Assembly: GCA_043821365.1 (NCBI GenBank)
Contig: JBDRCX010000003.1
Location: 20,175-84,174 of the forward strand
DNA length: 64,000 nt
Direction of reading: 5' to 3'
Source of the DNA: Candidatus Micrarchaeota archaeon
GTDB taxonomy: Archaea; Micrarchaeota; Micrarchaeia; Anstonellales; Bilamarchaeaceae
Positions 54,735 to 63,264 of the stretch are shown here, piece by piece. Each line of letters opens with the position of its first letter. Position 1 is the first letter of the stretch. The notes beneath the pieces were generated by a model, which saw only the letters and a list, made by a program, of their open reading frames with translations, was not told where the DNA came from and made no database searches. The position numbers were made by a program, and so were the translations under genes.

Positions 54735-55102
54735 ATGGGGTCACTGAGAATTTCACTCGCATCGCTCGTGAAAAAATCGCCGAGCGATCGGCGAAGATTT
54801 GAATTTCTGAAGCTTTTTTTACTTGGTTTTTGCCAAGCTTTTTCCAAAAAAGCTTGCTCAGATCACCGCCTTTTCCGCCCACCTTTTGGTAAAAGGTGGA
54901 TCAAAACTTGTTGTTGATTTTCGCTGCGCGAAAATAAGCGTACTCAAAACCGCGTAGCGGTTTTCAACCGTAAGTTTTTGATCCAAACTTTTTTCCAAAA
55001 AGTTTGGCCCGAAGGCGATAGTCTACCAGGTTAGCCCATGACCCCATGAACGTAAGTGAATGGGGCATTCAAGAAATAACAGTTTCTTGTACATGACCCC
55101 AT
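54735..55102. ncRNA. hairpin-dense G+C-elevated element: candidate structured RNA(s), unassigned
   Basis: Exact long-range complement ATGGGGTCA (54735-54743) / TGACCCCAT (55039-55047). At least 8 local stem-loops of 5-11 bp, one enclosed three-way junction, and four ATGGGG(T)CA(T) boxes. Hairpins are near-identical to the tRNA-intron hairpins. The only ORF (54702..54917) looks spurious. Confidence 0.4.
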
Positions 55103-55162
55103 GCAATATGTTAGGAGGTTAGTTATGCTAACTTATTTAAACTTAGGCAACATTCTAATTTT

Positions 55163-57862
55163 ATGAAATTTACATATCTTGCTTTGGTATTGTTATTGTT
55201 GTCAACTGCCTATGCTGTTAATGTTTCGTTATGTCAGAAAATAGACACTCCTGGTGAATATGTTGTTAATGAGTCACTCTCAGGTGTATCTCCATATGTG
55301 CCACCACCATTTGATGTGGATGTTTGTATATGGATTAATGTATCTAATGTTGATTTCGATTGCAATGGTTCTACTATGACTGGTCCGGATGATTATATTG
55401 CAGTTGTTATTTATAGTCAATCGGAACAACTATCTAATGTTACAATTAGAAATTGTGATATTTCTGATTATGATTATGCATCTCATTCATATAATTCAAC
55501 TGTCACTTATATCAATAATAATGTGAGTAGTGTTATTTCGGGTGGATTCTATTCAGAATATTCCAACTCAACATATATTGATAATCGTGTTAATGACGCA
55601 GTAGGGTATGGTTTTTACTCTGACACCTCTGAGGTTACTTACTTAGATAATAGTGTTAACGATACTGGGATAACCGGTTTTTATCTTCTAGCTTCAAATT
55701 CAACATTTACTGGAAACAATGCGAGTTACTGTGGAAATCATGGATTCTATACCTATGGTTATACCTCAACATTTTTCAACAACACTGCAAAAAATAATGC
55801 TGAATACGGTTTCTATCTTCAAAATTCAACTACTACTGCCATAAATAATACTGCGCATGATAATGACAATTCTGGTTTTAGGTCTGAAGATTCTATTTCA
55901 CTCTTTAGCTATAATGACGCATATTCTAATGATATAGGTTTTATTACTGTATATTCTAATTCTACTTTCATAAACAACACTGCTTTTAACAATATTAATG
56001 GTTTTGATTCTCGTTATTCTAATTCTACTTTCATAAACAACACTGCTTTTAACAATTCTAATTTTGGGTTTAATCCGTCTGGTTTCTATTCTATAGGATC
56101 AAATGATTCGTTTACGAATAACTTTGCTTATGATAACTCTGGCTATGGTTTCAGATTAGTTGACTCCAATTCTATATATTTACTAACAGACAATTTCGCT
56201 AATGGTTCTGAATATGGTTTCGTAATAACAAATTCAAATGCAACATTTACAAATAATAATGCCAATAATAATGATTATGGTTTCTTTATCTCTACTTCCT
56301 CGAATGCAACATTAACAGATTGTGTTGCATATGCCAATAACATTAATGGAATGCGGATTTACAATCCATTTTACACAACTATAACCAATTCTTGGTTCTA
56401 TTACAACAATCTATCATTCGGTGCAACTACATCTGGAGCAACTTGGCCACTTGAAATAATCAATAGTAAGTTTGGTTATTCCAGTGTGAATATTTCCATA
56501 AATGACGATTTTAATTCTTCATATTATATAAACGAAACTACTTCACCAGGATCTCCACCTACGGGATATTCATCATTTAGAAATAAATACATCGCATTGT
56601 ATGACTTGGATCTTGGCAATTCTGTACTAGATCTTCTTCAATTCCATTGGTCAGATTCAGAAACAAATGGTTATAATGAATCTTCAATGACTTTATTTGC
56701 ATGGAATGGCACCAGTTGGATTCTTGTTCCTGATCAATCACTTGATACTGCTTCAAACACACTTAATGTGACTAATTTCACTTCCATCAATGATCCAAAT
56801 GTTCTTGGTCTATTTGCTAATACAACATCATCTGGTGGAAACAACAATGGTGGCCAATCAGATCCAGAACTTTCTATTGAATTTGAAACTGATTGTTTCA
56901 ATCATACAATAATTGTAACAAGCGGTAATGATCCAGTAGAAAATGCTAAAGTTGTAGTCAATGGAGATACAATAGGTTATACGGATGAAAACGGTGAAAT
57001 AGAATTTGAAGGATGCACTGATTCAGTAATAATCCGTGCAACTAAAAGCGGTTATGATTCAGCATTATATAAGGAAGATTTAGACTGTGATTGCAGCCAA
57101 GGAGGCCAAGAACCTGAATGCACTACTGACCAGAACTGTGCATATAATCAAGAGTGTACAGACAATGTCTGTGAAGACATTGATTGTTCCTGCGGAACAA
57201 TCCAAGATCATGAATGTGTTTCCTATGAATGCTGTTCAGATTCAGAATGTTCTACAGGCTATTCATGTGTGTCAAATAACTGTGAACAAACTCCAGAAGA
57301 TGAATGTTCAACTGATGCAGACTGTGCTGAAACACAATACTGCTCAAACGGAAGCTGTCTTGATGTAACAGGAACATGTGGTTATGTTGCAAACCATGCA
57401 TTCGTAGCATATGAATGCGGAACTGATGCAAACTGCCCAACCTGTCCAAATGGTCTTTGCATCAACAATGAATGTGTTGCAAATGATCTTACTTGTGAAG
57501 ATGGTTTAGTTGGAAGCACAGCAAATTGTGCAGCAACAGAAGATAATGCTCCTTGTGCAAACTGTGAATATGAAGTAACAACTCCAGATGGTCAAACTCT
57601 AACAGGAACAACAGATGAAAATGGTAACTTTAATCTACCATTAAACCTTGTTGGTACCTACACAGTTTCACTCATTAAAGGTGGAGTTGAAGTATCTTCA
57701 ACTGAAGTAACCTCAAGTCAAACTACAGTTGTTGACGATGATAATCCACCAGTTGTTGGTTCTGATCCAATGCAGTTTATTTTCTTAGCAGTGATTTTGT
57801 TGCTAATAGCTGCAATAGTGATATACTGGTATAGTACAAGGGGAAAGAGTAAGTACAAGTAA
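55163..57862 (+). CDS. large surface protein: parallel beta-helix (PbH1-like) repeats + Cys-rich modules + C-terminal TM anchor
   Basis: Signal peptide. About 15 repeats of ~21 aa (..GF....SNSTF.NN.A.NN..). Cys-rich CxxDxxC modules (CTTDQNCAYNQECTDNVC, CSTDADCAETQYCSNGSC). C-terminal TM helix plus RGKSKYK. Confidence 0.7.
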   Translation: MKFTYLALVLLLLSTAYAVNVSLCQKIDTPGEYVVNESLSGVSPYVPPPFDVDVCIWINVSNVDFDCNGSTMTGPDDYIAVVIYSQSEQLSNVTIRNCDISDYDYASHSYNSTVTYINNNVSSVISGGFYSEYSNSTYIDNRVNDAVGYGFYSDTSEVTYLDNSVNDTGITGFYLLASNSTFTGNNASYCGNHGFYTYGYTSTFFNNTAKNNAEYGFYLQNSTTTAINNTAHDNDNSGFRSEDSISLFSYNDAYSNDIGFITVYSNSTFINNTAFNNINGFDSRYSNSTFINNTAFNNSNFGFNPSGFYSIGSNDSFTNNFAYDNSGYGFRLVDSNSIYLLTDNFANGSEYGFVITNSNATFTNNNANNNDYGFFISTSSNATLTDCVAYANNINGMRIYNPFYTTITNSWFYYNNLSFGATTSGATWPLEIINSKFGYSSVNISINDDFNSSYYINETTSPGSPPTGYSSFRNKYIALYDLDLGNSVLDLLQFHWSDSETNGYNESSMTLFAWNGTSWILVPDQSLDTASNTLNVTNFTSINDPNVLGLFANTTSSGGNNNGGQSDPELSIEFETDCFNHTIIVTSGNDPVENAKVVVNGDTIGYTDENGEIEFEGCTDSVIIRATKSGYDSALYKEDLDCDCSQGGQEPECTTDQNCAYNQECTDNVCEDIDCSCGTIQDHECVSYECCSDSECSTGYSCVSNNCEQTPEDECSTDADCAETQYCSNGSCLDVTGTCGYVANHAFVAYECGTDANCPTCPNGLCINNECVANDLTCEDGLVGSTANCAATEDNAPCANCEYEVTTPDGQTLTGTTDENGNFNLPLNLVGTYTVSLIKGGVEVSSTEVTSSQTTVVDDDNPPVVGSDPMQFIFLAVILLLIAAIVIYWYSTRGKSKYK
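55952..56056 (+). repeat. exact 42-bp direct repeat (period 63 bp) inside the beta-helix repeat region
   Basis: TATTCTAATTCTACTTTCATAAACAACACTGCTTTTAACAAT occurs at 55952-55993 and 56015-56056. Confidence 0.9.
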
Positions 57863-57875
57863 TTTTTTGTCATTG

Positions 57876-57893
57876 ATGGGGCGATAGCCCCAT
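57876..57893. terminator. perfect hairpin between convergent genes (bidirectional terminator candidate)
   Basis: ATGGGGC-GATA-GCCCCAT, preceded by T6. It lies between the surface-protein stop (57862) and the PEPCK stop (57898). Confidence 0.5.
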
Positions 57894-57897
57894 ATCT

Positions 57898-59394
57898 CTA
57901 TAGTTTTATTTTTTTATTTAATTTTTTAAATTTCTTCAACCACATTACTCTCTCTAATTTAAGTTCAGCATTCAGTTTTTCATATTCTTCTTTTGTATAA
58001 TACTTTTTCCAATCAAATTTCGCTAAATCAATCCCGTTTGCTTTTTCTGGCACTAAATATCCCCAAAATTCATCTTTCTTCCATTTTATGCATCCTCTAG
58101 CAACATCAACAATAAGGGCAGATGAATCATGGACTGTTATGTTCACACCTTTCTTTCGTCCCCCCCCAAAATGCCCTGTATTAAGCAAATAACACTCAAT
58201 TTTGCCTTTTTTTATCATTTTATGAAATCTATTACCTTCCTCATGTTCAGGACCAACAATGAATGGATTTGTGCCAACGACCCTAACTGACTTTCCAGCA
58301 TGTTCAGGATCGCCAGCAGAAGTTTCAATTGATTCTCCAAGCATAAAAAACGCAGCAGCTTGCTCTGAATTGAGTTTAGCTATTGGTGGGACAATGGTAT
58401 TCCTTCTTGTAATAAAAATGATAATATTCACTTTTTTCAGATCAATAGACTCATCCCAATAGTGCCCAAGTTCTTTTCTAATTACAACTGCGCGACCATT
58501 TGAAGTAATTGAAGAATCATGAAACTTAATTTTTCCTTTAGTTACTTTCACATTCTCTAGAATCGCTCTTTTACTTGTAACTGCTTTGTAAAGCAGTGGT
58601 TCTGTTTTTCTATCTAAATTCTCTGTTTTCATATAAAAATTATCTTCTGTACCAGTACATGATCCATCTTGCCAAAGAAAAACAACATCATCCTGTCTTA
58701 TTACTACTTTTTCACCTTTTTTCTCATTCAACCAGTGGTGGTGACAAGTTAGAGTTGTTTTTCCAGTTGCACTAAGTCCAAATAATAAAATGCCTCTCTC
58801 GATTAGTCTATTTTTCTTATTCCGAACAAATATATCCTTACATCCAGCATGCAGTCCCAATCCGCCATGCTTCTTTGCATAATACATACCCAAGCGTAAA
58901 CCCGCTTTTTTCATTTCTCCAGAATAATCAGATCCCAAAGCTATTGTTATGTAAGATTTAGGATAAACAAGAATTTTCCTTTCAGGCCATTCAGGTACAA
59001 ACAAAACCTGTATATTTGGTTTTCTTTTTTTAGGTGGAAATAACATCTCATGCCACATATGGATGACTCTTGCATATTTTTTTGTTATAAAAGACCTGCA
59101 TGCAAGTTTGTGTTTTGGGTCTAAACACATTGTTCTATCAACCTGAACCAATTCCTTTCCTTTCAAATACTTTACAACTTTTTCTAAAGTTTTTTGTTGT
59201 TCTTTTGTTGGTTTATCATAAATAATCTCAGTGAATTTTGCACTTCTACTTCTTACTTTTGTTATGTATGATGGACTGCCAAATTCTGTTATTCTCTCGT
59301 CTCTTTTTGCTAATCTTCTCAATTCTTTAGAACTAGGGTTATCAATTACTTTGGCATTTGAAACTATTTCTTTGAGTGCACGTTCAATTAACAT
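57898..59394 (-). CDS. pckA: phosphoenolpyruvate carboxykinase (ATP-type)
   Basis: Kinase-1a P-loop FGLSATGKTTLT in the expected position; overall length and layout of ATP-PEPCK. Confidence 0.65.
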   Translation of the reverse strand: MLIERALKEIVSNAKVIDNPSSKELRRLAKRDERITEFGSPSYITKVRSRSAKFTEIIYDKPTKEQQKTLEKVVKYLKGKELVQVDRTMCLDPKHKLACRSFITKKYARVIHMWHEMLFPPKKRKPNIQVLFVPEWPERKILVYPKSYITIALGSDYSGEMKKAGLRLGMYYAKKHGGLGLHAGCKDIFVRNKKNRLIERGILLFGLSATGKTTLTCHHHWLNEKKGEKVVIRQDDVVFLWQDGSCTGTEDNFYMKTENLDRKTEPLLYKAVTSKRAILENVKVTKGKIKFHDSSITSNGRAVVIRKELGHYWDESIDLKKVNIIIFITRRNTIVPPIAKLNSEQAAAFFMLGESIETSAGDPEHAGKSVRVVGTNPFIVGPEHEEGNRFHKMIKKGKIECYLLNTGHFGGGRKKGVNITVHDSSALIVDVARGCIKWKKDEFWGYLVPEKANGIDLAKFDWKKYYTKEEYEKLNAELKLERVMWLKKFKKLNKKIKL

Positions 59395-59444
59395 ACTTCA
59401 CATTCTACCTGCTTAATTATAAATTTTCTTCACATAGCAATTTT

Positions 59445-59897
59445 ATGCATATCAATCCTGGTGCAATTCTGTTTGTACTATTTAGCATGGCATTTTTTCT
59501 CGTCGGAATCTACATGGTGTTCAGTGAAGTTTTAATTCAAAAAACATGGCAACAAATTCATGCTAATGTTGAATCATCCTATGTAGAATCAGATTATGAT
59601 CCTGATGGTTCATATTATTGGCCAGTTATTGAATATTCCTATCGTTATAATGGCAAAAATTATGAAGGTAGTTGTTGCCAGAATAGCTTTTTTGATAATG
59701 ACGAAGCAGAAGAATTTGTCACTAATACTATTGGTAACGAAAGAATCGAGATATATATCAATCCAAATAACCCATCTGAATCAAGACTAAAAGATGATCT
59801 ACACCCATTTAATATTGCAAATATGGTTGTTTTGGCAATAGGTGCATTATTAACTATTTCGAGTCTTGTACATCTCTATGGCCAATCTGAATTCTAA
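59445..59897 (+). CDS. two-TM membrane protein (DUF3592-like)
   Basis: TM helix, then a beta-rich loop (PVIEYSYRYNGKNYEG), then a TM helix. ATG at 59445; the track start at 59376 overlaps pckA. Confidence 0.45.
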   Translation: MHINPGAILFVLFSMAFFLVGIYMVFSEVLIQKTWQQIHANVESSYVESDYDPDGSYYWPVIEYSYRYNGKNYEGSCCQNSFFDNDEAEEFVTNTIGNERIEIYINPNNPSESRLKDDLHPFNIANMVVLAIGALLTISSLVHLYGQSEF

Positions 59898-60811
59898 TCA
59901 ACAAAGTCAAGCCATTTGAGGTATTTTTCATCCCTTCCTTTTACTATGTCGAAAAATTTGTTTCTTATTTTACACGTAATTTTTCCAGGGTGTTTTCCAT
60001 TTCCAAGTGGTCTTCTATCAACATTAAGCACTGGGGTTATTTCTGCTGCAGTTCCACATAAAAACAATTCATCTGCAGTGTAAAGTTCATCTCTTAAAAT
60101 TGATCGTTCTTTTACATTGATTCCTAATCCTCTTGCAATTTTTATCACTGTGTTTCTTGTTACACCTGCCAGTACACCATCATGAAGTGGTGGGGTCAAC
60201 AATTCATCATCCCTATAAATGAATAAATTCTCACCAGTTCCTTCAGATACATGGCCATCTTGTGAAAGCATAATCGCTTCATCATATCCTGCATTAATTG
60301 CATCAACTTTAGCAAGAGCAGAATTCAGGTAATTTGCACTTGCTTTTACATGTGGGGAAAGTATGTTTGAACTTACTCTTCTCCAACTTGAAATAGTACA
60401 TCCAATGCCCCTTTCTGCTTTTTTACCAAAATATTTTGAAAAATCAACTGGTATTATTGCTAATGAGAATGGCTTATCCAACATATTTATACCAATTGAA
60501 GAATAGCCAATATAAGAAATGGGTCGTATGTAACAATTTTTTACTTTATTTTTCTTTACTAATTCTTTTGTTATTTTGCAAAGATAATCTAGTTTATAAT
60601 TAATCTTGAATTGGTAGGCCTTTGCCCCTTTGAAAAATCTCTTATAGTGATCTGTCATTCTAAAAATTGCAGGGCCGTCTGCTGTTTCATAACATCGCAT
60701 CCCTTCAAATATGGCAGTTCCATAGTGGAGTCCATGGGTTAAAATGTGAATGTTGGCATCTTTCCAATTTACGAATTTTCCATTCATCCATATTTTGCTG
60801 AGTGGTTTCAT
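59894..60811 (-). CDS. ilvE: branched-chain amino acid aminotransferase
   Basis: Fold-type IV PLP enzyme with typical IlvE sequence (HGLHYGTAIFEGMRCY, SEGTGENLF, GVTR). Confidence 0.85.
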   Translation of the reverse strand: MKPLSKIWMNGKFVNWKDANIHILTHGLHYGTAIFEGMRCYETADGPAIFRMTDHYKRFFKGAKAYQFKINYKLDYLCKITKELVKKNKVKNCYIRPISYIGYSSIGINMLDKPFSLAIIPVDFSKYFGKKAERGIGCTISSWRRVSSNILSPHVKASANYLNSALAKVDAINAGYDEAIMLSQDGHVSEGTGENLFIYRDDELLTPPLHDGVLAGVTRNTVIKIARGLGINVKERSILRDELYTADELFLCGTAAEITPVLNVDRRPLGNGKHPGKITCKIRNKFFDIVKGRDEKYLKWLDFVD

Positions 60812-60862
60812 GCATTTGCTAATCTCTCATTATTTTTAATTATTGTGGATCAATCTTTATTT

Positions 60863-61093
60863 ATGAAACCAATTGTTTACTCTACAACAGAATGTCCATG
60901 GTGTGTTAAAGTTAAGGAGTTTTTCAAAGAAAATAATGTTGAATATGAGGAGAGAAACGCTCAGGAAAATCCTAAATACGCAGAAGAACTATTTCAGAAA
61001 AGCGGTGGTTATGCAGTTCCAGTTACTGATGTTGGTGGAACAATAATAATTGGGTTTAATGTAAACAAATTGAAAGAAGCACTAAAACTTTAA
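60863..61093 (+). CDS. glutaredoxin-like small redox protein (CPWC)
   Basis: 76 aa; VYSTTECPWCVKVKEFF...VPVTDVGG..IIGF. The track ORF start at 60746 is inside ilvE. Confidence 0.75.
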   Translation: MKPIVYSTTECPWCVKVKEFFKENNVEYEERNAQENPKYAEELFQKSGGYAVPVTDVGGTIIIGFNVNKLKEALKL

Positions 61094-62847
61094 CGATCAT
61101 AATAGAAGTATTCTCCAGCTGCTCTTTGTTCACTATCAAGTTGGCTGTTTGGTTTGTTTATTCTTGGTCTTCCACTATCTTTGTCTCTTCTCATTGTTAT
61201 TCCAGTAACTTTCAGGAAACTATTCATCCCATCTTTTTTGCTGAATGGTTTTGATGCATGGCCATTTATTGAGCTTTTACCATCAAACACAATCAATCTA
61301 TTTGCAATTGCATCAACAAAAACTATGTCGTGGTCAACAACAAATGCACTTTTTTCATTTTCACTAATTACTTTTCTAAGTAATCCTGCAAATTCAAACC
61401 GTTGTTCAATATCCAAGAATGCACTTGGCTCGTCAAAAAGATAAATATCTGCTTTCTGACTTAATGCAAGTGAAAGTGCGACTCTTTGGAGTTCTCCACC
61501 GGATAGTTCTGTTAGTTTTTTCTCAAACAACATCCCAACGTTTAATCTTCTCTTACAGTCCTCCAAAACTGATAGATCAAGGCTTTTTCCTACAAATAAT
61601 TCATTAACATAAATATCTTCTGCTGTTATGTACTGAGGTTTATACGAAACTTTAAGTGAAATTTTTTCTCCTTTATCTGCTTTTTCAAGTCCAACTAACA
61701 TTTTTACAAAAAGTGATTTTCCAAGTGCATTTTTTCCAACCAGTCCCAATATCTCTCCTTTTCTAATTTCTCCAGACTCACTTGAAAAGTCAAAACCAGT
61801 GAACTTTTTCTTTAAACCTTCGTATTTGAGTAATGTCGGGGTTCTTACTTCACCTTCACTATGTCTACTAAACTCAATTTCATGATTTCTAAATCTAACA
61901 TTTTCATCTTTCAAATATCCTGCAATATATTCGTTTATGCCAGTTCTTACATTTTTAACTCCTGAAACAACACCGTAAACATTTTCATCCCCATAAATCA
62001 CATAAACATAACTACTAACATAATCAAGAATAGTCAGGTCATGTTCAGCCATCATAACTCTTTTTTTCTCTGATAACTCTTTGATGATAACTCCGACTCT
62101 TAATCTCTCCTCAATATCCAGAAAATTAGTTACTTCATCAAAATAATAAACATCTGCATCCTTCATACATGCAACTGCAATTGATACTTTCTGTAATTCT
62201 CCCCCTGAAAGTTGCCCAATTTCTCTGTTCAAAATATCATGTATTTTGAATTTTTCAACAATTTTATCTATCTCTTTTTTATTTACTGTCCCTAATAATT
62301 CCAATACTGTTCCTTTGAAGGCACCTCTTACTCTGTCAATATGCTGTGGTTTTACACTAACCTTAATCTTATCTTTTGTTGTTATGAAATATCTTCTCAT
62401 TTCTAATGATAGTTTTTCTAGTATTTCTCCTTCAATAAATTCTTTATCAAACACTGCAAAATTCGGTGAGATTTGCCTGGTCAAAAGTTTTATCGCACTT
62501 GTTTTTCCAATACCATTCTTTCCTATTATTGAAACTGCTCCACCAAGTGGTAGCGGTAAACCATAGAGTCTGAATGTGTTTATCCCATACTGGTATATTG
62601 GTTCTGAAAGCTCCTGTGCAAGGTTTACAATTGCAATGCAGTCTACAGGGCATTTTTTTACACAAAGACCACATCCAATACATATGGATTCAGCTATTGT
62701 TGGGAAGTCTGTTTCTTTTTCTACTACTATACATTCATCCCCCATTCTATTAGGGGGGCATACCTTCGTGCATACGTAGCCACATTTCTTCCTTGTGCAT
62801 ATGTCTCTGTCTATTACTGCTACTCTAGTTACCATAATGCTCCTCAT
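61090..62847 (-). CDS. ABCE1 / RNase L inhibitor (ribosome recycling ATPase)
   Basis: N-terminal 2x[4Fe-4S] domain (CIGCGLCVKKCP) and two ABC cassettes (GKNGIGKTS / GKNALGKS, LSGGELQ twice). Confidence 0.95.
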   Translation of the reverse strand: MRSIMVTRVAVIDRDICTRKKCGYVCTKVCPPNRMGDECIVVEKETDFPTIAESICIGCGLCVKKCPVDCIAIVNLAQELSEPIYQYGINTFRLYGLPLPLGGAVSIIGKNGIGKTSAIKLLTRQISPNFAVFDKEFIEGEILEKLSLEMRRYFITTKDKIKVSVKPQHIDRVRGAFKGTVLELLGTVNKKEIDKIVEKFKIHDILNREIGQLSGGELQKVSIAVACMKDADVYYFDEVTNFLDIEERLRVGVIIKELSEKKRVMMAEHDLTILDYVSSYVYVIYGDENVYGVVSGVKNVRTGINEYIAGYLKDENVRFRNHEIEFSRHSEGEVRTPTLLKYEGLKKKFTGFDFSSESGEIRKGEILGLVGKNALGKSLFVKMLVGLEKADKGEKISLKVSYKPQYITAEDIYVNELFVGKSLDLSVLEDCKRRLNVGMLFEKKLTELSGGELQRVALSLALSQKADIYLFDEPSAFLDIEQRFEFAGLLRKVISENEKSAFVVDHDIVFVDAIANRLIVFDGKSSINGHASKPFSKKDGMNSFLKVTGITMRRDKDSGRPRINKPNSQLDSEQRAAGEYFYYDR

Positions 62848-63027
62848 ATATTTTCTGTATACTTATATTTTCCATCACTTTTCTTATCAACACACAGACT
62901 CATACTAACACTGTGTGGGTCCAAGAATGTATTTTAGATCATATTTATGTTATTACTTTTATGGCTAGAAATTATAAAGTTTCTTTGCTTAGAATAATTA
63001 GCGGAATATATGTATTTGGGTGAATTT

Positions 63028-63264
63028 ATGTCTAAATCCGTAATAGTTTATGTGGCAGATTGGTGCCCCTGGTGCCATAGGGTTACTGATTTTCTTAAAA
63101 AACACAAAATAAAATTCAAGGAATGCGACGTGGATGATGAAAAATATGCAGAAGAATGCATGAAAAAAAGCGGTCAAACAAGCATTCCAGTAATTGATAT
63201 TGATGGTAAAATTCTTGTTGGGTTTGATGAATCAAAAATAAAGGAATTTCTAAAACTCAAATAA
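63028..63264 (+). CDS. glutaredoxin-like small redox protein (CPWC), paralogue of 60863..61093
   Basis: VYVADWCPWCHRVTDFL...IPVIDIDGKILVGF. Confidence 0.75.
   Translation: MSKSVIVYVADWCPWCHRVTDFLKKHKIKFKECDVDDEKYAEECMKKSGQTSIPVIDIDGKILVGFDESKIKEFLKLK

Noticed and set aside
54735-54760. TPP riboswitch (GGGGUCACUGAGAAUUUCAC resembles the GGGG...CUGAGA THI-box start)
   Set aside because: The downstream ACCC and ACCUGAUCUGG...GCG.AGGGA parts of the THI-box are absent.
54702-54917. 71-aa ORF inside the hairpin-dense element
   Set aside because: The translation is Arg/Lys/Phe-rich low complexity generated by palindromic DNA, and no convincing ribosome-binding context is present.
54735-55102. CRISPR array or archaeal SRP RNA as an explanation for the hairpin cluster
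   Set aside because: It is not a CRISPR array: there is no constant direct repeat with regular spacer periodicity, the hairpins differ in sequence, and there are no cas genes. For SRP RNA, the size and terminal helix fit, but I could not find the conserved helix-8 (AGGUCCGGAAGGAAGCAGC-like) or Alu-domain UGUAA motifs on either strand. It is kept only as something to test with a covariance model.
54620-55162. Replication origin (ATGGGGTCAT boxes as ORB-like elements)
   Set aside because: The boxes contain a GGGG string like ORB elements, but only ~10 bp are conserved. There is no ORB dyad, no clear extended A/T-rich DUE between inverted boxes, and orc1/cdc6 is 43 kb away. It is mentioned only as an alternative in the finding.
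55952-56056. Diversity-generating retroelement template/variable repeat pair
   Set aside because: The two copies are exactly identical (no A-specific mismatches) and both lie inside the same repeat array. No reverse transcriptase gene is in the window.
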